Part shown: one piece after another, positions 39,001 to 49,541 of the stretch
How the letters are laid out: every line of letters begins with the position of its first letter
How positions within the stretch are numbered: position 1 is the stretch's first letter
DNA from: Emiliania huxleyi CCMP1516
Lineage: Eukaryota
NCBI RefSeq assembly: GCF_000372725.1
Contig: NW_005201102.1
Coordinates: forward strand, 62,001-126,000
Direction of reading: 5' to 3'
Length of the DNA stretch: 64,000 nt
Notes under the pieces: model-generated
What the model was told of the DNA's origin: nothing
Database searches by the model: none
The model's input: the letters and a program-made list of their open reading frames with translations, nothing else
Made by a program: the position numbers and the translations under genes

Positions 39001-40261
39001 CTAACCTCGGCGCATGCGTGACGCAGGCGGCCCAGCCGAGGTCGAGGCCCGACGCGAGGCGGCGAGACCTCCTCGACTCGCTGCCACTGCCGCCGCCGCC
39101 GCCGTCGCCGCCGCCGCCGCTGCCGCCGCCGCCCCCGTCGCCACACCCGCCTCGCCCACCGCCGCCGCCGCTTCGCCCGCCGCCGCCCCGGCCCTCTGCC
39201 GGCTCCGTGCAAGTGAGCGCCGCGTCGTCGGAGCTGCTCTCGCTGGACGGGCTCGGCGGGCTCGGGCTGCAGGCGCTCTGCGCACCTCGGCTGCCCCTCG
39301 GCTGCACCTCGGCTGCCCCTCGGCTGCACCTGGCTGCACCTCGGCTGCACCTCGGCTGCACCTCGGCCGCACCTCGGCTGCACCTCGGCTGCACCTCGGC
39401 TGCACCTCGGCTGCACCTCGGCTGCACCTCGGCGCATCTTAGCGCATGTCGACGCATGTCGGCGCAGCGCATGCCCGGCTGTATCTCGGCTGCACCTCGG
39501 CTACACTTCGGCTGTATCTCGGCGCATCGCACACCCCGGCCCCCTTGGCTTGCAGGTAATCCCGAGCTCGTGCTACGACCGCACCGCCACAAACTCGCAC
39601 CCGATCTACGCGCTGCCACTCACGCTGCGGCTCTTCAACCCCACCATGCTGCACGCCACGCTCGAGAGGGACTCGCAGATCCTCGTCCGGCGGAGTAGAA
39701 GCGGGAGACGTCCCCTTGCTAGTCCGACTGGCACTCGAGGACGACGCGGCTTCGGCGGTATTCCGCTGTATCCCGCGCGGTGTTCGCTGTCCTCGCACCC
39801 CTCGTACTCACGCGTGCTCTGAAGACACGGCGCGAGGCCGCATTCCCGCCCTGACGTCGGCGTATTCACACTGCAGTATTCACACTCAGGTCCGGCGGGC
39901 GCAGCCGCGCGTAGCGGCCGAGGCGGCCGAGGCGGCTGCGGCGGCTGCGGCGGCTGCGGCGGTCGAGACGGTCGGCCCTGGCGAGGCCGGGAGTGCGGGT
40001 TTCAAGCCAGTGGCAGGGCTGGTTGGTGTCGGCTCGCTCGCCGCGCCCGTGCGCGTCGGGCCTCGCTCCTCGGCGACGGTGGCGCTGGTCGTCGACTTGC
40101 GCGGTCTGTTGCTCGACATGCGCGAGCTCAACGACGCGCTGGGCGAGCTGGAGGGCGAGGTCCTGTTGGTCGACACGCGCGTCCGTTTGTCGGCGCTGGG
40201 AGTCACACTCCGCCTCGACATCCCCGCGGCGGCCAACATCTCGCTGAGCAACATGCGCTAG
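36005..40261 (+). CDS. Multi-exon type II membrane protein with LEA_2/WHy-like repeated domains
   Basis: N-terminal TM (LAVLILALLFFFLCGVVIPLLLW); repeated LTLLLFNPSL / LPLTLRLFNPTML; last exon VDTRVRLSALGVTLRLDIP; exons separated by repeat-filled introns. Confidence 0.55.
37110..37855. repeat. 11-bp tandem repeat (CTGCACCTCGG)n, intronic
   Basis: Direct inspection; second array at 39282-39432. Confidence 0.97.
38247..38428. repeat. 20-bp tandem repeat (CCAAGCACTGCCCCAAGCCA)
   Basis: Direct inspection. Confidence 0.9.
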
Positions 40262-40898
40262 CGACGTTGCGGGGCGCGGCGACGTGCGGCGGGAATCGCG
40301 CCATATACTCGAATCTCGTCCAATGCGTGTGATGGGGTGTGGGACAGACGTTGTTGTTGTTGTCCTATGCGCGGGGCTTCCCGCGGGGACCGAAGACGGA
40401 ACCGCCGCCGCCGCCGCCGTCCAATTCACGTGTCGGGAGGGGCGAGACCCGATTGTCGGCGGAGTTTATCGGCACACACGGGGTCACGGAGCCGGGAGGC
40501 TCCGGCTCACGAGGTCGGAGGGCCCAGCGACTTGTCGATTGGGTCAGGGTGAAAACAAACATCCCCGAGTGCCGAGAGCCGAGTCGCGAGTAAATAAATA
40601 AATAAAACGGGCAAACTCTGAGACGAGATGGGATTTAGGGACATGTGTCCCCGCCCTGCACGATCTTGGCGCTTCCAGGCCGACTTGCATTTTTAGCACC
40701 AAAAACCGACCAATAATAGGGCTGTGAGCTGCTTCCTAAGAGCCCCCAAACAAGAGCGCAATGTACCATCAGCAGCTGAATCACGGGCTACGACGAAAAT
40801 CTGTTGGACGTGATGCATCATTACCCCATCATCATGGTTCATGCATCATTACAAGGCATACAAACATCTAGAGAACCCGGCCTGTCTTGTCCACCAAG

Positions 40899-41954
40899 CT
40901 ACGTGGGCTTCGCTACAAAGCCCTCTACCTTGATCACCCGCACTGCCGCCGCATCGTGTATGCAGTACTCGCAAAATGCTGCATCAACCCCAGCCCATGG
41001 TGGATGCATGCTCTGCGCGGCGTTGAAGCCACTCGCTGCCCACGTTTGCTTCTGCGCTGGAAGCGCGCCCGTGCCTGTGTCGAAGTTGTACACCTTGCCT
41101 GGCGTGACCTCGCACTCGAGCACAAACTGCAAGCCTCTGTGCTTTGCGATTGTGTTTGCTACCGTCTGGTCAGGGGTCAGGTACACACCCGGGCCTAGAC
41201 GTCCACCTGCGGATGGGCGCAAGCCGTGCTGGATGATGCCCGCGGCGTTGGCACCGTCGGTGCCGTGGAACATCAGCAGCTTGTTCGGGACGCCTTCCTC
41301 TGCTGCCAGGTAGGCAAGCTTCAGATAGCCCTCCACGCCTGCGCCAGTACGAACCCACCCGAACTCCGCCTCACGCCGCAGCACCGTGACAAGCTCGCCG
41401 TTCGGCACGCATGTCCTCCCGTCGACCCAGACGTCGCCGTCGCGGGCGTGCGTGGCCACCTTGCGCAGCAGCGTCTGGGCCACCCCATCGTCACGCTGCA
41501 CCTTGGCCACAGCTGGCGGCAAGAGGTAGCTGAGTTTCAGATAGCCCTCCACGCCCGCGCCAGTACGAACCCACCCGAACTCCGCCTCACGCCGCAGCAC
41601 CGTGACAAGCTCGCCGTTCGGCACGCATGTCCTCCCGTCGACCCAGACGTCGCCGTCGCGGGCGTGCGTGGCTACCTTGCGCAGCATTGTTGTTTGCCCT
41701 TGCCCGTGCCTCTGTACTTTAGCTTCCTCTGGTGGCGGCAAGAGGTAGCTGAGTTTCAGATAGCCCTCCACGCCCGCGCCAGTACGAACCCACCCGAACT
41801 CCGCCTCACGCCGCAGCACCGTGACAAGCTCGCCGTTCGGCACGCATGTCCTCCCGTCGACCCAGACGTCGCCGTCGCGGGCGTGCGTGGCCGCCTTGCG
41901 CAGCAGCGTCTGGGCCACCCCATCGTCACGCTGGTGCAGCACCAGCCTGGACAT
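40899..41954 (-). CDS. Three SH3-like repeats fused to a Gig2/PARP-like ADP-ribosyltransferase domain
   Basis: 3x VPNGELVTVLRREAEFGWVRTGAGVEGYLKLSYL; LMFHGT...GLRPSAGGRLGPGVYLT...VLECEV..GKV...GFNA...EYCI (H-Y-E triad). Confidence 0.82.
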   Translation of the reverse strand: MSRLVLHQRDDGVAQTLLRKAATHARDGDVWVDGRTCVPNGELVTVLRREAEFGWVRTGAGVEGYLKLSYLLPPPEEAKVQRHGQGQTTMLRKVATHARDGDVWVDGRTCVPNGELVTVLRREAEFGWVRTGAGVEGYLKLSYLLPPAVAKVQRDDGVAQTLLRKVATHARDGDVWVDGRTCVPNGELVTVLRREAEFGWVRTGAGVEGYLKLAYLAAEEGVPNKLLMFHGTDGANAAGIIQHGLRPSAGGRLGPGVYLTPDQTVANTIAKHRGLQFVLECEVTPGKVYNFDTGTGALPAQKQTWAASGFNAAQSMHPPWAGVDAAFCEYCIHDAAAVRVIKVEGFVAKPT

Positions 41955-42130
41955 ACCAGCCAGTAAGCGCTTCTGCCGGCTTCTGCGACCGTTGCTACAA
42001 CAAGAAGCACGAGCAGAGCTGAAGGCAAAAGGAGTGAGCCAAGGCGGCTCCCGGCAGGCAAACGCCGCAAAGTGACCCGTTTTTACCCACCCAGCCCGTG
42101 CGCGCGTATCTTAGCTAAGGTACGCGGCCA

Positions 42131-42724
42131 CACGCGCTGGCGCGCACGGCAACCGGGACTTACACGCGCGACACGAGGGACTGCGTGTCATTCTGTGCCG
42201 GCGCGTATCTTACTTAGCCAAGATACGCGGCCACGCGTGCAGACGCGTATAGCGGTACTCGCGCCCACACGTGAAGCCGCCTATCTTGGCCAAGATAGGC
42301 GGCTGCACTCGCAGCCGCAGTACCGCGTGACATACACGCCCACGCATGGGGCGCGTTGTTCCCCTAGACAGGCGCCCACACGTGTAGGTAGCCGCGTATG
42401 TCAACATCCCTCCGTGCACGTGCCAGCGCGAGTCGCCTTCGCCGACGGGCCGTTTTTCACGCGCTCACGCCCGCCTATGTTGGCCAAGATAGGCGGCTGC
42501 ACGTGTGGGCGCGAGTACCGCTATGCGCGTCTGCACGTGTGGCCGCGTATCTTGGCTAAGATAGATAGATACGCGCCGGCCTAGAATGACACGTATCAGC
42601 CCCGCCGAGCTCGATGCGCGGCCGGCAGCGGGTGAGGGCGGCTATTCTCCCCCGAGGCAGGCAAAGATACACAGTCCCTCGTGTCGCGCGTGTAAGTCCC
42701 GGTTGCCGTGCGCGCCAGCGCGTG
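42131..42724. mobile_element. ~600-bp foldback/MITE-like palindromic element
   Basis: Perfect 53-bp inverted repeat 42131-42183/42672-42724; ~89-bp near-perfect inner inverted repeat 42213-42302/42471-42560. Confidence 0.8.
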
Positions 42725-43823
42725 CTAAGTTCGCCGTATTCTCGAGGATGCCGTTTGCCCCCGAGAGCGCACTCACCGCCTCGTTGGCGGCGGCCTCGAC
42801 CACAAAGATGATCGTTGCCGTGACGATCACGGAGCCAGGCGAGAGCGTGAGGGAGACCGCCGACGTTGGCACACCGGCCCCCGTAGCGAGCACAGCGACG
42901 ATCGCCGCCTGCTCGTCCGGGCCAAAGTCTTCGACCGCACCGGCGAGCGAGAAGGAGGTGATTACAGTGGCGGCGGGCGAGTCGCCGTCGCCCGAGTCGT
43001 AGCTGTGCCTGCAGTAGCGCTGCGCCTTGCCCTGCCAGCACTGGATGTAGTCCTGCGCGGCCGGGTTGCTGCAGATGTCTGTCGTCGTTCCTGAGCTGCC
43101 TGGCGTCACCTGCTCGGCGCAGTAGTGGTGCCCGTTGGGGCTCTCGTGCGTCCAGCACACGGGGTTCTCTGCGCAGGCGCCAGAGGTCGGGCAGTGTGCT
43201 GTGGACTCGCATGTGATGCCGTCGGGCGGCGGGCGACCCATCACGGTGTTGCTGTAGCTTTGGTAGCGCGGGTCGTCACCGTCCCGCACGCTGCATGCAA
43301 ACGCCTTCATCTCGCTCGCATCAGCGCAGTTGGTACACGGGCACGCGCCGCTGTAGCACGTGTCGAACAACGTCGCGTAGCGAAGAGGCCCTCCTCCATC
43401 GCCACTGTCACCAATCCAGATCTCGCCTTGCGCACTCCAGGCTTGGTTGTACCAGCTGTTCAGACCGGGGTACGTGCCGGGGGCGAGCACGCCGCCGATC
43501 TGCGAGCAGTAGGCCAACGCGTCGTAGTAGCCGCGTTTGACGGCGACGTACAGCAGCGAGGTCCCAGCCGTGCAGGTTGGAGGCACGCACTCATAGTAGC
43601 AAGACGACGTGTCCGAGGCACTGATGATCCGAGGCACGTAGCCATCGCGGCACGTGGCGGGCTCGCTGAAGCCGCACCCGGTCATCCCGATGCTCGCATC
43701 GCACGCGCAGCAGTCGTCGGCCACGCTCGAGCACTTGCTGCTGTCCGCATCGCACGAAGTTGGGCTGAGCTGAGCGCGCGCAGCGAGCACGAGGCATGTC
43801 GAGAGCACGAGGGAGCGGAGCAT
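42642..43823 (-). CDS. Secreted Cys-rich protein with C-type-lectin-like and SEA-like domains; C-terminus runs into the foldback element
   Basis: Signal MLRSLVLSTCLVLAARA; YYDALAYCSQIGGVLA...IWIG...C...KAFAC; SFSLAGAVEDF...GVPTSAVSLTLSPGSVIVTATI. Confidence 0.65.
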   Translation of the reverse strand: MLRSLVLSTCLVLAARAQLSPTSCDADSSKCSSVADDCCACDASIGMTGCGFSEPATCRDGYVPRIISASDTSSCYYECVPPTCTAGTSLLYVAVKRGYYDALAYCSQIGGVLAPGTYPGLNSWYNQAWSAQGEIWIGDSGDGGGPLRYATLFDTCYSGACPCTNCADASEMKAFACSVRDGDDPRYQSYSNTVMGRPPPDGITCESTAHCPTSGACAENPVCWTHESPNGHHYCAEQVTPGSSGTTTDICSNPAAQDYIQCWQGKAQRYCRHSYDSGDGDSPAATVITSFSLAGAVEDFGPDEQAAIVAVLATGAGVPTSAVSLTLSPGSVIVTATIIFVVEAAANEAVSALSGANGILENTANLARAGAHGNRDLHARHEGLCIFACLGGE

Positions 43824-44751
43824 GTCGAGGAAGCGGGGCGCGAGTCGCGGTGAGCCTAGTTGTGAGAAGCTAAGGTCAGAGCGGAGGCACGGCGAGGCGA
43901 GGCGAGGCGCGGTTGGGCTAGAGCGAGAAGGCGTGTGAGTGCCGCAGAGAGTGCGATGATCTCTGAGCTGGTGGACACGGGGCGGGCCAGGAAGCGGACC
44001 GACGTAGCTAATCGCTCTGCGCGAATCACACACCCTCGGGCCGTTGGGCAACCAGTCCTTTTGCACCTGTGAGGCGAAGCGTCGGGTCTTGTGAGGCGAT
44101 GCGAGGGGTCTGGCAAGCATGCTCCAGAGTGAGAGGTATGCGCGGCATCGTGGGCTAGAGCTGATAGTCGTGGGGCAGAGACAACTACGAGAGCTTCGCC
44201 GGGCGAGTCGCGGGTCGGGTCGGGGTGGACTGAGAGGAGCGAAGTGCTCAAGCAACGAGCGAGCCGCGATGAACCTGCGATTGCGACCAACGTTTGCAAG
44301 GTACTCCATGACGCGGGTCTCCCACCTTTGTGACCGCCCGGCACCGTTGCCCATGTGGCCATCGTGGCCGTGCGAGCCGTGCCTCGATGCCGTGCCGGCC
44401 GGACGCGTCAATGAGTTTGGCCCCACATGCTGCCGTGGTACCTACCTGGTTTCGCGCGACGGCTTCTCGCACCTCCACCGGCGGCTCGCGCGTCGCAGTG
44501 CCACGAGCCGGAATGAAGTCCCGCGATTACGACCAACTCACGGCAAGGAGCGGCGTCTCGCATGCTAAACGCAAAAAGATTTTTAACCCCCAGCCCGACG
44601 CACACTACAGTTAGCCCCCTTGCTCACTCGCGGAAATCAGCGCTGACACGCTCAACCGCGTCTCGCATCTTAGCGCGGCTCTCCGCTCAAGCGCGTCTTG
44701 CTCAAGCGCGGCTCTTGCTCGATATATCCCTACGTTCAAGCCGCTCGCTGA

Positions 44752-47517
44752 ATGGAGTCTGGTGTGGCACGACTCACGTCGGCGGAGCGGGCGCTTGACA
44801 AGGTGCAGACGGGACTGAAGCTCGTCGACACGGTGCTGAGGCTCGGCGAGCGCGCCGGGCTGCCTCTCATTCCTGCTGTGTGCGGAGCGGCTCGCGACGT
44901 CCTTCAAGTCGTGCAAAAGTCGAGAGCGGTGATCAATGACGTCCTGACGGCTGCCCAGCGCACGATCGACGTCCTCGAGCTGCTGCAGCTCATGGCTAAA
45001 AACGTGGAGCGCATGGACGTGAAGAGCCGCGCGAGCGTCGAGGACCGGATGCGCGAGTTGCAGCGGCTGCTCAATGACGTGCGCTCGGCGGTCGCTGCCT
45101 TTGGCAAGCAGGGCTGGCTAAGACGCGCGCTCAACGTGGGAAGGGGCACCACGCTCTCGCAGCTCGACTCCGAGATCACGGACCAGCTCGGCCTGCTGCT
45201 CCAGTTCTACAACCTCGCCCGCGATGCGGACATCATCGACCGGCTGCAGGCGCGCGAGTACGCTGTCGAGGCGGAGGTGGAGCGCCGCGTGGCCGAGCGG
45301 AACGCGATGGGCGAGGCTGTCGACGCGGAGGCGCTCGAGAAGGACTGCGAGGTGGTGCGCGGCATCGCTGTCGCATCGGGCGTGTCGGACGCCGAGTTCC
45401 AGGAGGAGTTGACGCGTGAGATGCGCGAGGGCTTTGCGCAGCATGGCCTCAAGCTCGACAAGATCATCGCGATGATGGCGAACCTCACCGCAACGGGCAT
45501 TGGCAACGCGGAGCCGGACCGCAGCTCGCGGATGTCGCTCTACGCGTACGACCGCAAGCCGGACGCGCCTCCCGGCCAGAAGGACAAGCCCGCCGCGCGG
45601 CTCGGGAGGGGGTCCTTCGGCATGACGTACCGGATGCGCAAGGCTGCTGGGATCGACGAGAGGCGGTATGCGGTCAAGATGATCGAGTCGGAGGAGCTGG
45701 ACGGTGCTGGCTTGGAGAAGGAGGCGCGCCTACTCTCGATGATCGAGCACGAGAACACACTGCGCTTCTACGACGCCTTTTGGCACGACACCGACGACGG
45801 CCGCCTCTTCGTCATCGTCACGGAACTTCTCACCGGCGGCTCCCTCGCCGAGAAGATCGCCGCCGCGCCGCCGCTGCAACCACTCGAGGTAGCGACACTG
45901 ATGCAGCAGGTCGCGTCCGGGCTCGCATACATGCACTCGCTCAACCTGCAGCACCGCGACCTCAAGCCGGCCAACGTGATGCTCGACTCGACGGGCCGCG
46001 CGAAGATCATCTACTTTGGGCTCGCGTGCGTCATTCCCGCCTCGCACCACTCGCGCATGGGCACGGACGCGTACATGTCGCCCGAGAAGACCGACGGGGG
46101 GCGGTATGGGCCGGCGGACGACGTCTGGGCCGCAGGCTGCATCCTCGCGGAGCTGCTGCTTGGCCGCACGATTGGCTACGTGGCGCTCGACGCGGCAAAG
46201 CGGCAGCGCGCGATCGCCGAGAGCAAGTCTGCGAGCGAGCAGCTCGGCTTGTGGGTCGAGAGCTGTCTGCAGGAAAGCCCTGGACGGCGCCCAACGGCGG
46301 CGATGCTGGACGAGGCGGCGTCAGAGGCCCGCCTCAAGGAGGTGGAGTCCCCATTGAACAGTGCCCCAGACACAACACTGAGCATCATGACCTATTGGGA
46401 TGTCAGCAACACCAACTCCTTCAAGCGGATCTGTCAGCGCTTCAAGGCTCTTGTTCAAAGGGCGCCTGGTGTGAAGTACTATGGCTTCTCCATCAACGGC
46501 AACCGGGCTGTAAGCAAGGAAGGCCACGCGAACTTTGCGAGCTACATGGAGTACTTGCGCTCAGGCGCTCAGGGGGTGTTGTTCGACGCCATGTCTGTAG
46601 CAGCAATCACAAACATGGAGGCGCATGGACCAAAAGACGAGGTGGGTCAGCTTGAGGTCTCGCAGAAGAATCTTCTTTCCTCACACTGGGCCTATGTCGA
46701 TGGTGCTTTCTTCGTGCCCTCAAAGTATCTGCGGCAGCCCAGCCAAGGCCCTCTGGTGTCTGACGAAACTCTTTGCGTTCTTGTGTACTGGAAGATCAAG
46801 GACTATGCGAAGTTCCTTGCTGGAGTCAAAGATTTCCAGCACCTCACGAGGCAGGAGGAGAAAGTCAAGTACTACGGCTTTTGCGTGTATGGATCGAAAG
46901 CCATCTGTCGCGAGGGCTACGACTCTGCCGAAGGCTTCTTGGAGCATTTGCAGAATGTCGATGGACCGCTAAAGACCGCCATGCAGTGCGCCGATATTGA
47001 AAGTGTGGAAGTTCACGGTCCTTCCTCAGAGGTCAACAAGCTACGAGAGCGGTTGAAGAGCTTCCCAGCTGTGTTCTGGCCATACCCCAACGACTCGTTC
47101 TTAGCTCCAGCCCAGTTCTCATGCGAGCCACTGCGTGAGGCAGAGGAGCAGCGGATTCGCCGCGATGCCGCCGACCGCTATGCGGCGGATAAGGCGCGCG
47201 CTCGGCAGAAGGCTGTCGACCGCTCTCGGAGGGAGCGCGCTCGGCAAAAGGAGGAGGAGCGCGCTTGGCAAGAGGCTGTCGAACGCTCTCGGAGGGAGGC
47301 GGAGGAGGAGCTTCAGGCTAGGACGGCGCAGCTGCAGATCGCGGTGGCGGCTGCGGAGGCGGGTGATTTCGCGCCGCTGGTGTCGCTGGCTCGCGACGGC
47401 ACGGACGGGCAGAAGGAGCAGGCCGCGAGGGCGCTGCGGAACCTCGCTTGCAACGCCGACAACCAGGTGGCGATCGCGAGGGCGGGTGGCAGACGTTCCG
47501 CAGCGGGCGCAGCCTAA
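44752..47517 (+). CDS. MLKL-NTD-like four-helix bundle + protein kinase (DFG->YFG) + 2x ABM/dimeric alpha-beta barrel-like domains + coiled coil + partial ARM repeat
   Basis: 921 aa intronless ORF; LGRGSFG, YAVK, HRDLKPANV, YFG, YMSPE, DVWAAG; N-terminal amphipathic helices ending AFGKQGWLRRAL..LSQLDSEI; PLVSLARDGTDGQKEQAARALRNLA (ARM). Confidence 0.85.
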   Translation: MESGVARLTSAERALDKVQTGLKLVDTVLRLGERAGLPLIPAVCGAARDVLQVVQKSRAVINDVLTAAQRTIDVLELLQLMAKNVERMDVKSRASVEDRMRELQRLLNDVRSAVAAFGKQGWLRRALNVGRGTTLSQLDSEITDQLGLLLQFYNLARDADIIDRLQAREYAVEAEVERRVAERNAMGEAVDAEALEKDCEVVRGIAVASGVSDAEFQEELTREMREGFAQHGLKLDKIIAMMANLTATGIGNAEPDRSSRMSLYAYDRKPDAPPGQKDKPAARLGRGSFGMTYRMRKAAGIDERRYAVKMIESEELDGAGLEKEARLLSMIEHENTLRFYDAFWHDTDDGRLFVIVTELLTGGSLAEKIAAAPPLQPLEVATLMQQVASGLAYMHSLNLQHRDLKPANVMLDSTGRAKIIYFGLACVIPASHHSRMGTDAYMSPEKTDGGRYGPADDVWAAGCILAELLLGRTIGYVALDAAKRQRAIAESKSASEQLGLWVESCLQESPGRRPTAAMLDEAASEARLKEVESPLNSAPDTTLSIMTYWDVSNTNSFKRICQRFKALVQRAPGVKYYGFSINGNRAVSKEGHANFASYMEYLRSGAQGVLFDAMSVAAITNMEAHGPKDEVGQLEVSQKNLLSSHWAYVDGAFFVPSKYLRQPSQGPLVSDETLCVLVYWKIKDYAKFLAGVKDFQHLTRQEEKVKYYGFCVYGSKAICREGYDSAEGFLEHLQNVDGPLKTAMQCADIESVEVHGPSSEVNKLRERLKSFPAVFWPYPNDSFLAPAQFSCEPLREAEEQRIRRDAADRYAADKARARQKAVDRSRRERARQKEEERAWQEAVERSRREAEEELQARTAQLQIAVAAAEAGDFAPLVSLARDGTDGQKEQAARALRNLACNADNQVAIARAGGRRSAAGAA

Positions 47518-48161
47518 GGCTCGACCGCAGCCAGGCTCGCACACTATTCGTGCGCCTGGTGGGCAGGGTGGAAGAGCTGCCGCATCTCCGCTCGGAGAGA
47601 ACCGCGTGCCTGCGTGTGCCCTCCGGCGCCACCCATCTGAGCGGCGCGTGCGACGAGCGGGGAGAAGCTGCGAAGGCAGAGCGGCCCTCGCAGAGTCCAG
47701 AGACCTTGCGCTCTTGGCACGGACTAAAGACTGAGCGCCTCGCTCTCGGACAGCGAACGCCAGGCGCAGCACACGTGGCGCAGCACACGTGGCGTGGTGG
47801 CTGGTGCACAATGTGGTCGGGTGCATGCTGGGCGGGTTGTATGCACGCGCCGCCTCAATGGCCGCGCACGCCTGTCACTGTGTCCAGACGGAATTCCCGG
47901 CGTTGAGACTTGACTCTTGGACTGTCCCGATCGCTGTCCCGGTCGAGTCAAATGTCAATAGGCTCTCTCTCTCTCTCTCTGTGGGGAGACATTTTTGCAG
48001 TGTATGTTTCTCGGCGCCACACCCCGCACACGCGAATTGCGCGCGCATTGAGCGCGACGCACCGCGGTGGTAGCTGGTACGTTACGTCACTAAGGCACGC
48101 TCATGTCCCACAACACTGCTCTCTACGAGACTGAGGCGTCCCTCACCACCTCCCACCAAGC

Positions 48162-49098
48162 TCAACGCAGCTCGAGGGCGCCGAGCGAGTCGGCCACGTC
48201 GTCCGACCTCCTGGGCGCCGCTGACCGGCGCACCGCGGCGGCGCCGAAGCGGCAGAGCGAATGCCGCTCGGCCGACACCAGCCAGAGGTGCTCTCCGTCG
48301 GCGTCGAGGCAGATGCCGTTGACGCGCCGCGTGCTGCTCCCCGCCACGGGGATCACCTGCAGCGGCGCCCCCTGCAGCGTCAGCACGTAGACCCGGTCCC
48401 AATCGGCCACGTGGAGCAAAGGCTCCGCAGCACGCTCGCCCGCGCCAGCACGCCCGACGGCGACGCTGATCGGCTCGCGGAACGCCACACCGCCGTCGCC
48501 GCCGCTGCCCCCAATCTGCCGCAGGTACCGGCGCTGCTGCAGGCCGGAGCGCACTCGTACCCGGGTACACCAGGACCGCGTGCCTCCCGCCGTCGCCGAC
48601 GTAGACGAGGGCCTCGAACGAGGTGATGCACAGCGCTGTACCACCCGAGAGCTCGGCCCGCCCAAAGGTCCCGAGGCGCCCGCCGAGGCCCGAGGAGGTC
48701 GCGGACGCGCCGGTGCGCGGCGAGACGCAGGCCGAGTACGCCTCGAACCGGTCCGAGAAGAGAAGGAGCAGCGCGGTCGAGTCCGGCCTCCCGTTGTGCT
48801 CTCTGCTCGCCCGTCGGCAGCTCAATGCGATGCCGAGCACTCGCTGCCTCGCCCCGTCTGCGCGCGGCAGCGAGACACCCTGCGGGAGACGGCCGCGTTG
48901 CCGGAGCAGCCCCCACGTGAGCGCGATCGGCCCCGCGCCCCGGCTCGTCGCCCACACCACGGGATCGCCGTCGAGGCCGTCGCGCTGCACCGCCACGCTG
49001 TCGGGCAGGGACACCTCCATCTCCGACCCGTCGTCGAGGACACGCCCTTCGCCGTCGACGCAGCTGCGTTCCTCGTGTCTGCGACGACCGCGCCCCAA
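48162..49098 (-). CDS. NHL/beta-propeller-like protein with frame break near 48560 (pseudogene or sequencing error)
   Basis: LVYVGDGGRHAVLVY; YLRQIGGSG...FREPISVAV...LHVADWDRVYVLTLQGAPLQVI. Confidence 0.55.
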
Positions 49099-49541
49099 CT
49101 TTGAGGCACAATCATCGGACGACGTCGGCGAGTTGAGTCGCGCTCGCGGTAGCCAGATGACCTCTCATACTAGTATCATCGGCCATGGCCGCAGGAAGCG
49201 CGGGGGATTCCGCTGGGAGCAACACGGAGCTCCGTTGGACGCGTTTTCAAGATTAGCGTGTCAAGAGTGAATCATATTGTGAATTGGAACTAGCCTTTTA
49301 CCTCTCCATCGTGCTACCTTGCTACCGGCGCTTTTTAGTTTTTTTGCCGCCGTTGCGCGTTGGGCACCAACCACCATGCTTGATGACTCGATTGCGCGGG
49401 AGCGAAATCCAAAACCTCTCAGCTGAATGGGGGAGTTTATTGGTTCGGGGGGTGTTCGACCGGGCTAATCCACAACGCTCCGGCGCGCTGTAGTGCCGAC
49501 TCACGCAGCGTGCGCCGGAGCCGGAGCCGCGCCTCCCTCCC

